The translations under genes and the position numbers were made by a program. From the human T2T-CHM13v2.0 reference genome, Homo sapiens: a stretch of 64,000 bases of DNA. The first letter of the stretch is position 1, and every line of letters starts with the position of its first letter. The stretch lies in the NCBI RefSeq assembly GCF_009914755.1, contig NC_060926.1; one strand, 5' to 3'. Below are positions 24,526-38,215 of the stretch, piece by piece. The notes beneath the pieces are model-generated. The model saw only the letters and a list, made by a program, of their open reading frames with translations, had not been told where the DNA came from and did no database searches.

Positions 24526-24824
24526 CTTTTTTTTTCTTTTCATTTTTTTTTTTTTGAGATGTCACCCAGGCTGGAGTTCAGTGGCATGATCTCGGCTGAC
24601 TGCAACCTCCGCCTTCCAGGTTCAAGCGATTATCCTGCCTCAGCCTCCTGAGTAGCTGGAATTACAGGCTCCTGCCACCACACCTGGCAAATTTTTGTAT
24701 TTTTAGTACAGATAGGGTTTCATCATGTTGACCAGGCTGATCTTGAACTCCTGACCTCAAGTAATTTGCCTGCCACGGCCTCCCAAAGTGCTGGGATTAC
24801 AGGCATGAGCCACCGTGCCTCGCC
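24526..24824 (-). mobile_element. AluS (Sx/Sz-like) inserted in L1PB
   Basis: Full dimer; TSD ataatgatttctt on both sides (about 24516 and 24828). Confidence 0.92.
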
Positions 24825-27800
24825 AACATAATGATTTCTTTTTGGGATCCAAAAGAATACCAGTAGTGGGATTGCTGGATCAAATAGTGATTCTATTTTT
24901 AGTTGTTTGAGAAATCTCCATACTGTTTTCCATAGAGGTTGTACTAATTTACATTCCCACCAACAACATATAAGCATTCCCTTCTCTCCACATCCTTGCT
25001 AACATCTGTTGTTTTTTGACTTTTTTGTAACAGACATTCTGACTGGTGTAAGATGGTACCTCATTGTAGTTTTAATTTGCATTTCTCTGATTTTGAGCAT
25101 GTTTTCATATTTTTGTTGGCCGCTTATATGCCTTCTTTTGAAAAATGTCTATTCATGTTTTTTTGTCCACTTTTTAATTGGATTATTTGGTTGTTGTTAT
25201 TGTTAAGCTAATTGAGTTTCTTATAAGTTCTGGATATTAGCTCTTGTCAGATGCATAGTTCACAAATATTTTCTCCCATTCTGTAGGTTTTCTATTTACT
25301 CTGTTGATTGTTTATTTTGCTGTGCAGAATCTTTTTAATTAAATCCTATTTATCTATTTTTGTTTTTGTTGTAATTGTTTTTGAGAATTAGTCATAAATT
25401 CTTTGCCTAGACCAACACCCAGAAGAGTTTTTTCTAGGTTTTCTTCTAGGCTTTTTTTAAATTTCAGGTCTTCCCTTTAAGTTTTTAATTAACCTTTAGT
25501 TAACTTTTGTATATAGTGAGAGATAGGGGTCCAGTTTAATTCTTCTGCCTATGGCTATCCAATTTTCCCACACCATTTACTAAAGAGGGTGTCCTTTCTC
25601 CAGTGTATGTTTTTGTTAACTTTATTAAAGATCACTTGGCTGTAGATATGTGGCTTTATTTGTGGGTTCTCTATTGTGTTCATTGATCTGTGTGTCAGTT
25701 TTCACACCAGTACCATGCTGTTTTGGTTACTGTAGCCTTGTAGTATAATATGAAGTCAGGTAATGTGATGCCTCTAGCTTTTTCTTTTTGCTTAGAATTA
25801 CTTTGGCTATTTGAGCTCTTTTTTGGTTCCATATGAACATTAGAATTGTTTTTTTTCTAATTCTGTGGAGACTGACATTGGTAATTTGATAGGACTTTCA
25901 TTGAATCTCTAGATTGCTTTGGCAGTATGGTCATTTTAACAATATTCATTCTTCAATTCATTAGCATGGGATGTTTTTTCATTTGTGTTCATCATCTATG
26001 ATTTCTTTCAGCAGTTTTGTAGTTTTCCTTGTAGAGATCTTTCACCGCCTTAGTTAAATGTGTTACTAGTTATTTTATTTTATATTTGTAGCTATTGTAA
26101 ATGGGATTGAGTTCTTGATTTGGGTCTTGCTTGATTGTTATTAGTATATAGAAATGCTATCAATTTTTGTACATTGATTTTGTATTCTGAAATTTTACTG
26201 AAGTCATTTATCAAATCTAGGACACTTTAGGGCTTATCCATGTATAAGATCATATCACTAGTGAACAGAGATAATTTGACTTACTCTTTTCCTGTGTGGA
26301 GGCCTTTTATTTCTTTCTCTTGCCTGATTGCTCTAAGTAGGACTTCCAGTACTATGTTGAATAGGAGTGGTGAAAATGAATATCTTCATTTTGTTCCAAT
26401 TCTTAAAGGGAATGCTTTGAACTCTTCTCCATTCAGTATAATGTTTGCTGTGGGCCTGTCATATATGACTTTTATTATGTTGAAGCATGTTCTTTGTATG
26501 CTCAGTTTGTTGAGGGATTTTATCATAAAGGAATGCTGAATTTTATTTAATGCTTTTTTGTGTGTCTTTTAAAATGACCATATGGATTTTGTGTTTAATT
26601 CTGCTTATGTGATGAATAACATTTATTGACTTGCATATGGTGAACCATTCTTGCATCCCTGGAATAAAATCCACTTTATCATGGTATATTATCTTTTTGA
26701 TGTGCTGTTGAATTCAGTCTGGTAGTATTTTTTTTTTTGAGGATTTCTGCATCTATGTTTATCCAGGATATTGGCCTGTAGTTTTCTTTTTTTGTTATGT
26801 CTTTGCCTAGCTTTGGTATCAGGGTGATACTGGCTTCATAGAGTGAGTAAGGGAGGATTCTCTCCTCCTTAATTTTCTGGAACAGTTTCAGTAAGATTGG
26901 TACCAATTAGAAGACAGAATTTAAAGGACAAGAAAGGAGACACAAAACTACAGAAAGCTAAATTAATAAACACTAGCCTAGAGATATACATGTAACTATA
27001 GTGCTTTGAATGAAAATGGTAGCCTTAATTTTAGTCCCTTAGCTTAGCCAAGTATCTTGGTCATCCAAGACGTGGCAAAATGTCTCCCAGAAATATTTCT
27101 AACTAGTTCATCAATCAGGACAGTATTATCAGTGTCTAGACAAGACCTCTCCAGAGACTGAAATGAGGCTTTTTCTTACCAGAAGCAGAGAAATTTCTGT
27201 CTCACCTTTGCCAAACTCTAGTCTCTCTCCCTGCTGTATGTCTTTCAAGTTAGGCTTCAATCAGAATGTTTGAGAAGTGGATTCCAGTTTGATTTTGAAG
27301 TCTTGTTTGTTTTTCTGTTTTGTTTTGTGAGAGTGAATATAAAGGCAGTAAATTGGTTTAATATTTCCTGTCCCCGGCAAAACAAGAAGCCCAGTGGGAA
27401 GAGTGGGCTGAGGCCAGCATGAACTACCACAAAAATCTGTTCTAGATTTAATCTCAATGTTTATGGGTCCAGGAAATATTCAAAGTGAAGACACCTTGGG
27501 TTCTTTGGCAACTAATGTCTAAAGTAGTTTATAATGCTGTTCTTTTATGATATCTTGCATTGAGTACTGAAAGCCAGAGTATTATGGCCTCCAATAAGCA
27601 AAACTAGCAGAAAAAAAATGTCCTTGCTCTTGTCATCATACATTTTTAGAACTAAGCAGCTGAATTTATTTTCTAATGAAAAAATCTGTAAGTTTTAATT
27701 GTGCTGTGAGGAAAAAAACCCATTTGCAACTGAATACAATTACAACTCATTTGTGATTAAGATTCAGTATTTAATATTGATGGGTTGGAATTGTTTTCTT

Positions 27801-28339
27801 ATTGCTGTCTATGGAGAATTCAATATGAACAATACGTTGAACACAAAATACACAAATGCCCATTTTTTTTACCCTATAAATATTGGATTGGATTTATATC
27901 ATAAACATAAAAGAATCATTTGTTAAGAGTATTTTAAATAAAAACATGAATATGCATAAATGAAAAGTATCAGAGTTCCCATCTAATGAAATTTCGTAAG
28001 AAACATTACACAGCATTCAACATAGAGACTAAAAATGAAAATTAGAGTTACCTTCAGATACTAAACCACTCCAATTTCCAAACATCCTCTTGGCAAAACA
28101 TTTAAAGAAAGATAATTTTCTATGTGATTTGTTTACAATTGAGCTTGACAACAGATGCTTGATTTAATAGCTAAGAAGATTATTGCCCAACTTTGAACTT
28201 TATCATGGACAGGCAAACTTTTGTTGTCTCAGTCCTTCCTGTATAATTTTCACTCCAAGTTAATGACCTCACAGGATGGGAGAATCTACCTTTAGTTTCT
28301 GAAGTCACACTTAGTTTCTATTATATAAGGGAGACAAAA

Positions 28340-28700
28340 TAAAACAAAATTGCAAACAATCACAACCACTGTGGGTAACACAGGGAGATGATTAAGTAAA
28401 TTGTAGTTTATTTACATAAGCAAAATAATAAAGACATGCAATATATCCAAAATATACTTTAAAAGCATTTAAAAATGAATCAAAAACATTTGTATTGCAT
28501 TTTAAGTAATAAAAAGCAGAATAGCATGATTATAAATAGGTGAAAAGATATATAAAGAGATGATCGAAAAGAAATATACCAAAGATTTAATAGTTATTTT
28601 ATCGACTTTGGGTATTGTAATTTTCTTCTTTATAGTTTTGAAGTTCTCAACTTCTAGAATGATTATGTATTATATTTTCAACTAGAAAAATACAATGCTT
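28340..28700 (+). mobile_element. Old L1ME-type 3' end
   Basis: gattaagtaaattgtagt..., aagaaatataccaaagatttaatagttatt, atgattatgtattatatttt. Confidence 0.4.
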
Positions 28701-29734
28701 TTATGAGAATAAATGTGAATTAATAGTTTCTGCTGTACAACAGAAGGTGCCCTCAACCCTAAGGAGAAAGGTGGCTTTCAGGTGTTCATATTATAATGCC
28801 TTTCCTTGCAAATCTAGAAGACAGTGAAACCAAAGAGAGAGAATCAGGCTAATTAAGATTTTGCTCCAACAAAGTTGAAGGCACGGATATTGCACTCCCT
28901 CTGTCCAACACCAGTGTGTTTTCTGGCCAAGGCTCATTCCATAGGAATTGCCTCACTCCACTCAAATGTTCTCAGCCAATCCCTAGTGCCCATGATTCAG
29001 CTGAGAGAAATGGCCTTTCCCTACTCTCTTCCCAGCAACCTTCGCCACTTGAGTCTTTAAATCAGATCAATCACTCTTGGGAACCATCTTCTCATAATAT
29101 TGTGGCATAAGACATATTTTGAATGAATGGATTTTGTAAATCTCAAATTTACTGAACTCCCAACAGTGAACTTCCTAGGGTACCTTGCAAAAAGTCAGAT
29201 GACAGTTTTTCAAACCTCATAAAATACGTTTTCATTCTATTAACAAGGTTAGAACAGAGAAGCTGTTTTTGTGTGACTCTTTCTTAGATCTGGAATGGGA
29301 ACTGGGTTTGCACAAGGTTGAAGGTTGTGAGGATGTTAGAATATGTCTTTAAAAACTGGGAACAGTTAGAACAGAATGGAAGAACCTATGCCTGAGTTTT
29401 GTGTGGAGAAAACTAATATTTCAGATTCAAATATCGGAGAACTTAATATCAGTGCCAGAAAAGACCAAAGATCAAACCTGACTTGAAGGATAGTATATCC
29501 AAGAGTCCAGAACAAGGTGAAGTTGACATTAATGCAAAAATATTTCCTACAGGGAACAGTGCTAGTGAAGAGTCATTACTCAGTCATAATTCGAAATAAC
29601 ATCTGGCGTGTTGGGCCTCATTTATGAGATACCAAAAATGAGAAGTCAGAAAAGATTAAAGGGTCAGAGTGGTGCAAGGTGTACTACATGAACCATTTAG
29701 AAAATCCTGAGTACAATAATCAAAAAGAATGATA

Positions 29735-31232
29735 ATGGCATGAAAACAGACACAAAGACCAATGGAACAAACTAGAGAACACAGAAATACATCCATACCC
29801 TTACAGCCAGCTCATTTTCAACAACGGCATCATGGACATACATTGGGAAAAGGACAGTCTCTTTAATAAATGGTGCTTGGAAAACTGGATAGCCATATGC
29901 AGAAGAAGAATACTACACGCCGATCTACAACCATACACAAAAATCAACTCAAAAATGGATTAATGACTTAAATGTAAGACTTGAAACTATAAAACCAGTA
30001 AAAGAAAACACTGAAGAAATGCTACAGGATATTGATGTGGGCAAAGACTTTTTGGGTAAGACCTCAAAAGCACAGGCAACAAAAGCAAAAGTAGACAAAT
30101 GGGATTACATCAAGCTGAAAAGTTTCTGTATGGCAAAGGAAACAATCAACAGAGTGAAGAGATAACCTAGAGAATGGGAGAAAATATTTTCAAACTATTC
30201 AACTCACAAGGAATTAATAATCAGTATATATAAGGAACTCAAACAATTCAATAGAAAAAAAATAAAAATCTGATTTAAAAATGGGCAAAAGACCTAAATG
30301 GACATTTCTCAGAAGAAGACAAAGAAATGGCCAACAGGTGTATAAAAAATGTTCAACATCATCAATCACTGGAGAAATGCAAATCAAAACCACAGTGAGA
30401 TATCATCTCACCTCAGTTAATATGGTTATTATCAAAAAGAAAAAAACTAACAAATGTTGGCAAGGATGATCTTACACTGTTGGTGGGAATGTAAAGTAGA
30501 ACAGCAATTAGGGAAAACAGTATGGAAGTTCCTCAAAAACCTAAAAATAGAACTACCATTTGATCCAGCAATCCAATTACTGGGTAAATAGCCAGAATAA
30601 AGGAAATCAGTATATAGAAGAGATATCTACACTCTCATGTTTATTACAGCATTATGTACAATAACAAATATTTGGAATCAATCTAAATGTCCATCAACAG
30701 ATGAATGGATAACGAAAATACGGTATATATACACAATGGAATATTACTCAGCCATAAAACAGAACAAAATCTTGTCATTTGCAGCAACATGGATGGAACT
30801 GGAGGTTATTATGTTAAGGAAATAAGCCAGGAAAGAAAGACAAATATTGTATGTCTCCACTCACATGTGAGAGCTGAAAAAGTGAATTTCATGGATGTAG
30901 ACAGTAGAATGTTGGTTACCAAAGGCAGAGAAAAGAAGTGGAGAGGGAAAATGAAGTTGGTTAAGGGGTATAAAAATACAGTTAGATAAAAGGAAAAAGT
31001 TCTAGTATTTGATAGTATAGTAGGCAAAGTATAGTTAATAATTTATTATATATTTCAAAGTAACTAGAAGAATTGTAATGTTCCCAAAACAAGGAAATAA
31101 TAACCATGTCAGGTGATTGATATTCCAGTTACCTTAATTTGATCATAATCATAACACATTGTATACAGGTATCAAAATATCACATGTTCCCCCAATATAT
31201 GTACAACTATTATACATCAATAAAAATAAATG
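29735..31232 (+). mobile_element. L1MA (L1MA4-like) ORF2 C-terminus and 3' UTR
   Basis: aacagacacaaagaccaatggaac..., ORF2 peptides EMQIKTTVRYHLT and YTMEYYSAIK..ILSFAATWMELE; 3' end gtatcaaaatatcacatg...gtacaactattat..aataaaaataaa. Confidence 0.92.
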
Positions 31233-31304
31233 CATAAATCTGAAAGACAAGTACTAAAAAAATTCCTGACTAGCTTAGACCTTGAAGATACTCATTTCTA
31301 ATTA

Positions 31305-31817
31305 TAGTTGACACTTGGGCAATGTGCGGGTTAGGGGGACCAAATCCCTGTGCGGTGAAAAGTCCATGTGTAACTTTTGACTACTATTAGTAGTCAACTT
31401 TTAACTACTTAACTATTTACTGTTGACCAAAGTCATCAATAACATATACTGTGGGTTAACCAATGTTTTGTATGTTATCTGTACTATATATTGTATTCTC
31501 ACAATAAAGTAAGCTAGAGAAAAGGAAATATTATTAAGGAAATCATAGAGAAGAGAAAATATATTTATAATTCACTAAGTGAAAATGCATCATCACAAAG
31601 GTCTTCATCCTCGTTGTCGTCACATTGAGAAGGCTGAGGAGGAGGCAGAAGAGGAGGGGTTGGTCTTGCTGTCTCAGAGTTGGCAGAGGTGACAGAGGTG
31701 GAGAAGATGGAAGGGGCAGCAAGAGAGGCAGGCACACTTGGTCTAACTTGTACTGAAAAATATCTGCATATAAGTGGACCTCTGCAGTTCAAACCCATGT
31801 TTTTCAAGGGTCAACTG
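31305..31817 (-). mobile_element. Tigger2a/MER28-type TcMar-Tigger MITE
   Basis: TIRs tagttgacactt / ttcaagggtcaactg, TA at 31303; internal gaggaggggttggtcttgctgtctcag. Confidence 0.85.
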
Positions 31818-31843
31818 AATATGCTTTAAAATCTACCCAATTG

Positions 31844-32170
<327 letters not shown>

Positions 32171-32480
32171 TTAAAGAAAAAGATTAATAATTTAACCTTA
32201 GCTAGGCTACTTGCTAACTATTTCAATATGGTACTAAGTAAGCGATACTAAATCTCATATAATGGTCAACACAAGCACAGAATTCATTTATTTGATAAAC
32301 ATTAGCTCATTGATTTCTATATTTTACTAAGATTGTAATGCTTTGCCATCAGTGAACCCTAACCTCTATATAGAAGGATATCAATTTACAACAAATAGAA
32401 TATGATGTGCAATACCTGTACTAATCATCTGAGGTGCCAAAGCTAACATTTATAATAAAACTGAAATAAGTGGCATCATA

Positions 32481-32610
32481 TTCATTTATTCATTTGCCAC
32501 TCATTTTCTGAAAACCTTTTACATATATAACTTGACATGGGATACAGCAGAACATTGTAAAGGAAAAAGACATAGTTCTTGCCTTTAAGATCACATTTAA
32601 TGGGCAAGAA
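32481..32610 (-). mobile_element. L2 3' end
   Basis: ttcatttattcatt tail; gggatacagca...aagacatagttcttgcc. Confidence 0.45.
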
Positions 32611-32646
32611 ATGAATATAAAATATATAGATGTAACTACGTACATA

Positions 32647-32925
32647 TTTGAGACAGGGTCTCACTCTGTCACCCAGGCTGGAGCACAGTGGTGTGATCAT
32701 GGCTCACTGCAGCCTTGACCTCCTGGGCTCAAGTGATTCTCTCACCTCTGCCTCCCAAGTAGCTGAGAATACAGGCATGTGCCACCATGCTTAGCTAATT
32801 TTTGTATTTTTTGTAGGGAAGGGCTATGTAGCCCAGGCTGGTCTTGAACTCCTGGGCTCAAGTGATCCATCCATCTCAGCCTCTCAAAGTGCTGGGATTG
32901 CAGGTGAGAGCCACCGTGCCTGGCT
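32647..32925 (-). mobile_element. AluJ
   Basis: gagacagggtctcactctg...gatcatggctcactgcagccttgacctcctgggctcaag. Confidence 0.92.
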
Positions 32926-33461
32926 GAAATATTTTAATAATGATAATAATAATGGTTAGAGCAGTCCCTTTAGCTAAAATGGCTCAACACTATTGTTTTC
33001 TCCTTCTTCAATGCCTGATGAAGCATGGGTGTCCACCCCCACAAAACACCAGGGACACCACGTATAAGGAGGTAGATCTGAACTTGCTAGCTCCTGCGGC
33101 ACTGTAGAGTCCCAAACTGCTTCTTATAAATGCAGAAGAGTTGCTCTTTTGGCAGTCCTTAAATGAGAATAATAATTACCTATATTTACTGAAGACACCA
33201 CATGCCCAATACTGTACTAAGTTCTCAATATGTATTGGGCTTTGGACAAGTAAGTGTTTCCTGAACTGAGGATCCAGTTCTGTGAAAGAAACATTGACTA
33301 AAGGATAAGTCAACATTGGCTATTAAGATGGGACATTTTGATCCGCAAGATGCTAATAAGTCATGAAAGGCATCGTTAGAAAGTGTCTGGGTCAGGCACT
33401 CATCTGCCTCAAGGCTAGGGAATGGTGTTCTCCCAGGCTCTGTGAGCCTATGAAAGGGGCA

Positions 33462-33823
<362 letters not shown>

Positions 33824-35170
33824 TCAAAATAGCGGGGTAGAGAGCAACAGACTCTGACGAGTAGAGGAAAAGTATGAAAACAACAACTTCAAATCTAAAA
33901 TGTCCTTAGGAGGAAAAAAACACATTTTAATTGGGTTCATGCATAGCCAACATCTCTTATGTCTTTCATTATTCCTTATGTTTTCCTCAGGTTTGAATTC
34001 TAACAAAGTGCTAGCTGTTCCTTTTCTTTATTTGCCCAAGAAACATAAACGTGTCTTGATAATCACGTGAAAACACCTTTCAAACACTGTCCCTCTGAAG
34101 CCACTTGTCACTGGTGTGAGCTTGTCTCCAACTCGAGGGCTTGGAATATTAGAAACTGCGGTTTGACAAAATTGGACAGCTGCCTTTATCTCAGGGCTGT
34201 ACAGGCAATGATTTGGCTATGGATTCAGTGAATTTTAGCCTTAGAACTACTTTGCCAGAAATAATAGAAAGATTGGACAATATCTGTGATTTAATACACT
34301 CCATTGCCATGTACAGCTAAAACAATCTATGCATATTAATTAAAGTATGAGAGCACTTATTTCTCAAAGGATTTGTGTTCCAAATGATTCCAGTAACTGT
34401 GGGATTTACTGCTGTATTCTCATTGTGTTGCCTTGGATTATGAGAAACCTACAATCACAAATGGTGGCTCTTAGAGCTAGGTCATATCTGGACCATGGAT
34501 GTATTTATGGGTGTGAACAAACACTTACAAAATAAGGAAATGTACAGAAGAGTACAGATTTTGGACTTTCGTTGGGCATTATTGCTCGACAACAACCAGC
34601 TGTTGCTGATTATCACTCATTGAACCCAGGGAGTATGATTTCCACTTTGCCAAGACAGCCTACTTACTCCACCACATTGTCTTCCCTTTTAACTTAAATT
34701 ACCTCCGTACCCATGTTTGCATTTGAGCCTACAATTCAAGGTGTAGATTCTGACATAAAATTCATGACATTTACAGTTTTTGAATGTGGTAAACACGTTG
34801 AAAATTAAATTACATTGTACCTGTAGCATAGACGTGACAAAGAAATACAGCAGAAACTTGGAAATGAATACTTACTTTAAAAAAAAAAACCTGGAGTATT
34901 CTGGATCTTGGTTTGGCAAATCATATGAGTTCACTCCATTGTCTGTTACTAAATGCACTATGAATGGATACATTGTATTTTAATACATTTGCATGGTGAA
35001 ATCATAATACCCTAGGCATGTTTGAATTGTGTACACTATACAACTGAGAGCCAATTCCCCCAAGCCATTACATTTAGAGGCTGGTATCTGATCTACTGCA
35101 TTCTATAGCTTTCATCTATTCTGCATTGATCTGTGCTGAAGAATTTGAAGCTCTTGTCCTCCAAAGCAAG

Positions 35171-35204
35171 CTGCAGTTTGCATTGTTTCCATTAGATGGC
35201 GCAG
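35171..35204 (+). promoter_or_regulatory. Predicted CTCF site (core plus upstream module)
   Basis: CTGCAGTTTG-cattg-TTTCCATTAGATGGCGCAG matches the CTGCAG..N5-6..CCASYAGRKGGCGC architecture; retains a CpG in CpG-poor unique DNA. Confidence 0.65.
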
Positions 35205-36592
35205 AAGATTTTTGAGGTACCAAACAAACAAGACCTTCAGAGAGTTCTGCATGTCAACTATGGTGTAAACACCAGCAATTTCAGCTCCACCATGCACATC
35301 TTTGTAGAAGGAATCTAATTTAAAGTATTTCCAGGGAGGAGTTATTTTATAACTTATGAACCATTTTTCCTAAATGTACTAATAAGGAGACTATTTCTTT
35401 CATAACTGAATTCTACTGTTTTGTGGTTTATTACCCTATTCCTTTCCAAACTTGAGAAAAATAAATAGTTAGACCAAGTATTGCAAAAGATATTGGGGGA
35501 GGACACTTATGCAACAGTGAGCCAGATTCAAAGCTAACGCTCAGGATATACGAACCAAATATTTCTTAAAACTTTCCAGTTTTCTATACTTACCAGTTTG
35601 CTGTCAGTCCATTACTAGTCATTTTTGTCCAACTGCCTTCTGAGGCTTTTTACTCCCACTAACACTTTATCCTTTTGATAATTTAAGATGGAAAACAGTT
35701 TTCAATATCTTGAATACATCCAAATCTAGTCATATCTATGTTCTTCTCTTAATTCAGGTGCCAACCATTCTGACCATTACACACACTCATTTGTGTTTTT
35801 CACGGCTTCAGGGTTTGAAGGGCTTTTGGCATTGTTGTTGTTGTTTTAGATTCTAGGGGAAAGTGTCCCACATTAATTTCATTGGAACTTAAAAAAAAAA
35901 TCAAGAGAGCCCTGCATTTGGTTTTGGTCCATACGTGGAGAACGAATTTGAGACAGAACCATTAAGACGTGTGTTGACCTGGCTTGGATATTATTAATTC
36001 TTCACTTTGCATGTGTTGAAAGACTTGGGAGTCCCACAAGACTTCATGCACTGGCCAAAATGCAAGTCAATGTTTTACATAAACAGGAAGAAAATTTGCT
36101 ACCAGAGCACAGAGCTCAGCACATTTGAACTAAATTCTGTTGAGCTGATAGTAGAAGTGCATGATATTTATAAATTGCCCATATTGTCTAATGTCAGTAA
36201 TTAACCCAATTGCTTTCCTAAGTGGCCATTTCTATTATTCTTTTCTATACAGTAGTCTAAATGTTAATGCTTCAAAGTCAGGCCCTTCTTGGAAAGCCAC
36301 AACTTGAACTTAACATACAGCCCTGGTGACAGTGCTAAAAACTAGACTGCTTCAACCATCTCTTCACGGAGAACTGAGCACAGGAAACAAAAGGAAATTA
36401 TAAGAAAAAAAATGGAGGCAGAGGGGCTACATTTAACTCTGAGTCATTTCCATTTCTTTTAAGGTAGCTTATCAGTGATAAAGAATATGAAGTTCTTGTT
36501 TATACACTAGGCAGTCCCCTTTCAAAAGAAATGAAGTTATTCTAAGGTGAATTAAGGACTCAAGGTAAAATATCATGAAAAAATAGTGCAGT

Positions 36593-36623
36593 GAACAATG
36601 AGTCATTGTTCCAGAGCATGTCT
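36593..36623. promoter_or_regulatory. Predicted SOX-dimer/AP-1 palindrome plus p53-family half-site
   Basis: GAACAATGA-G-TCATTGTTC (36593-36611) and GAGCATGTCT (36614-36623). Confidence 0.4.
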
Positions 36624-37108
36624 TGGATACAGAACAATTAGAAATAAGGGGACTGCAAACTTAGCTGAGAGGTGGCTCACTGGAATTGTAAAAACAGAAG
36701 GAGCAAACTCCATGAGAAAGTTATAACATAACTTTAATTTGTGTAAGCCTGCGGATATTAGAACTCTCTTACGACAATGACAAAAGCAGATTTCACTGAG
36801 CACAATTAACATAGCCTATCAGTTTAAAGGAACTGAAAATATAACATTAAAGAAATAAGACTAGGAGAAAGAAGACTATTAACATTCTTCCTGAGCACTG
36901 AACAGGGCATCAGGAGATCTAGGTTCAGTTCTTATTCTTACTTACATTGCATTAAAATTAGTCTCACTGAAGGCTTCTTTTATTGATTCTGTTTACAGTC
37001 TAATATACAGCTGAAGAACAGGTACACAGCATGGTGGCTTTTCTGTCCTTTAGGAAGCTATCAGCAATTTTGTTTCCATTATCCTTCCTTCAGATTCATA
37101 GCATGTGA

Positions 37109-37122
37109 GTACATGTGCACGT

Positions 37123-37164
<42 letters not shown>
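37109..37164. repeat. (CA)n with alternating purine-pyrimidine leader
   Basis: gtacatgtgcacgtgcg(ca)n, 56 bp of uninterrupted R/Y alternation. Confidence 0.92.
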
Positions 37165-37165
<1 letters not shown>

Positions 37166-38049
37166 GCTATACTGAGAACTCACTTCTCTTGCACAGCATG
37201 GATATTCCGGGCTCATCTTTCTAAACTTCTTTGAGCTTTTGATTTTTTATTTTAACAATACTTGATCATTGTGATTGAATACTTTTGACCACATACTATC
37301 TGAATAGCATGTGTTCACTTCTAGGTAATAAAAGCTGCGAACTTGATATGACAACAGCACTCACACCAATCCAACAAAACAAAACAATATATCAAAAAAT
37401 AAAAATACTGATTTCCAAGGAAATGAGCAAGAAGCAAAAAGGCAGGAGTATCAACATAAGTAACGCAAAGTTTGAAAATAAACGATTACTTTGTTATGGG
37501 AACCAAGCAATCTAATTTTCACATTTAGTCAATTTGTTATTATTTTCTGTTTAAATCTGAAAAAAAAATGGATTTGATTGGATCAACAAAACCAGGTATT
37601 GCTCTTTATCTCTCATTCTAAATTATTTGGTAGATTCTGCTCTTTTTTCGTTCTGGGTTGAAAAACTAATTGTGGAGGGAGAAATTTGGGAGAAAAACTA
37701 ATCTTTTTCTTGGTTGGTGGAAGGAAATCTCTTGGATAAGAAAGGTATTGTTACCAACCCCATTTGGGTTTGGGTTTTGCTATGAATTGTCTTGCTTAGT
37801 ACTGGAGATAGGTTTGGACTGCTAGGAAGCACCATCACCTCTGATCTCATTTGTGAACTGTGGTGAAAAGGTGGAAAAGAGCCAGACAGAAGCTCAACTT
37901 TTTGGAGAAGAGCAAAGTAGTGACAATAGCACAGTTTTCCTTTTGCTATTAAAGAAAATATCTCCAATTATTTTTTGAGAAACACTTATGTCATACATGT
38001 TATAACTGGGTATTCTGGAAGAAATAAAAAGATTATCTATGGGTTTAGA

Positions 38050-38215
38050 AATCTCTGGATACACCATATCCCTCTATGAGATTCTGAGATTCACAATGTA
38101 CATTCACATAGTAAAGATCCTGAGAAAAGCTACTGCAAAGAACCCTGGTTAACGGAATGCCTCCAGACTGAATTGGCCAACTAATATCCAACATGATATT
38201 TGAGTAACACTGGCT
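38050..38215. mobile_element. hAT-Charlie MITE remnant
   Basis: attcacaatgtacattcacatagtaaagatcctgagaa...tgcaaagaaccctggttaac resembles old Charlie-family MITEs; family uncertain. Confidence 0.35.

Larger units (their letters stand above)
23925..26906 (-). mobile_element. L1PB (L1PB3/4-like), 5'-truncated, interrupted by an STR and an AluS
   Basis: PolyT at 23925; L1PB 3' UTR (atagatttagggagtacaagtgca...gtggtgaagtctgggcttttagtgta); ORF2 peptides [32 protein letters not shown] (26679-26906) and [20 protein letters not shown]. Confidence 0.92.

Noticed and set aside
26240-26906. ORFs with reverse-transcriptase motifs
   Set aside because: Fragments of decayed L1PB ORF2 and its antisense; not an intact or novel RT
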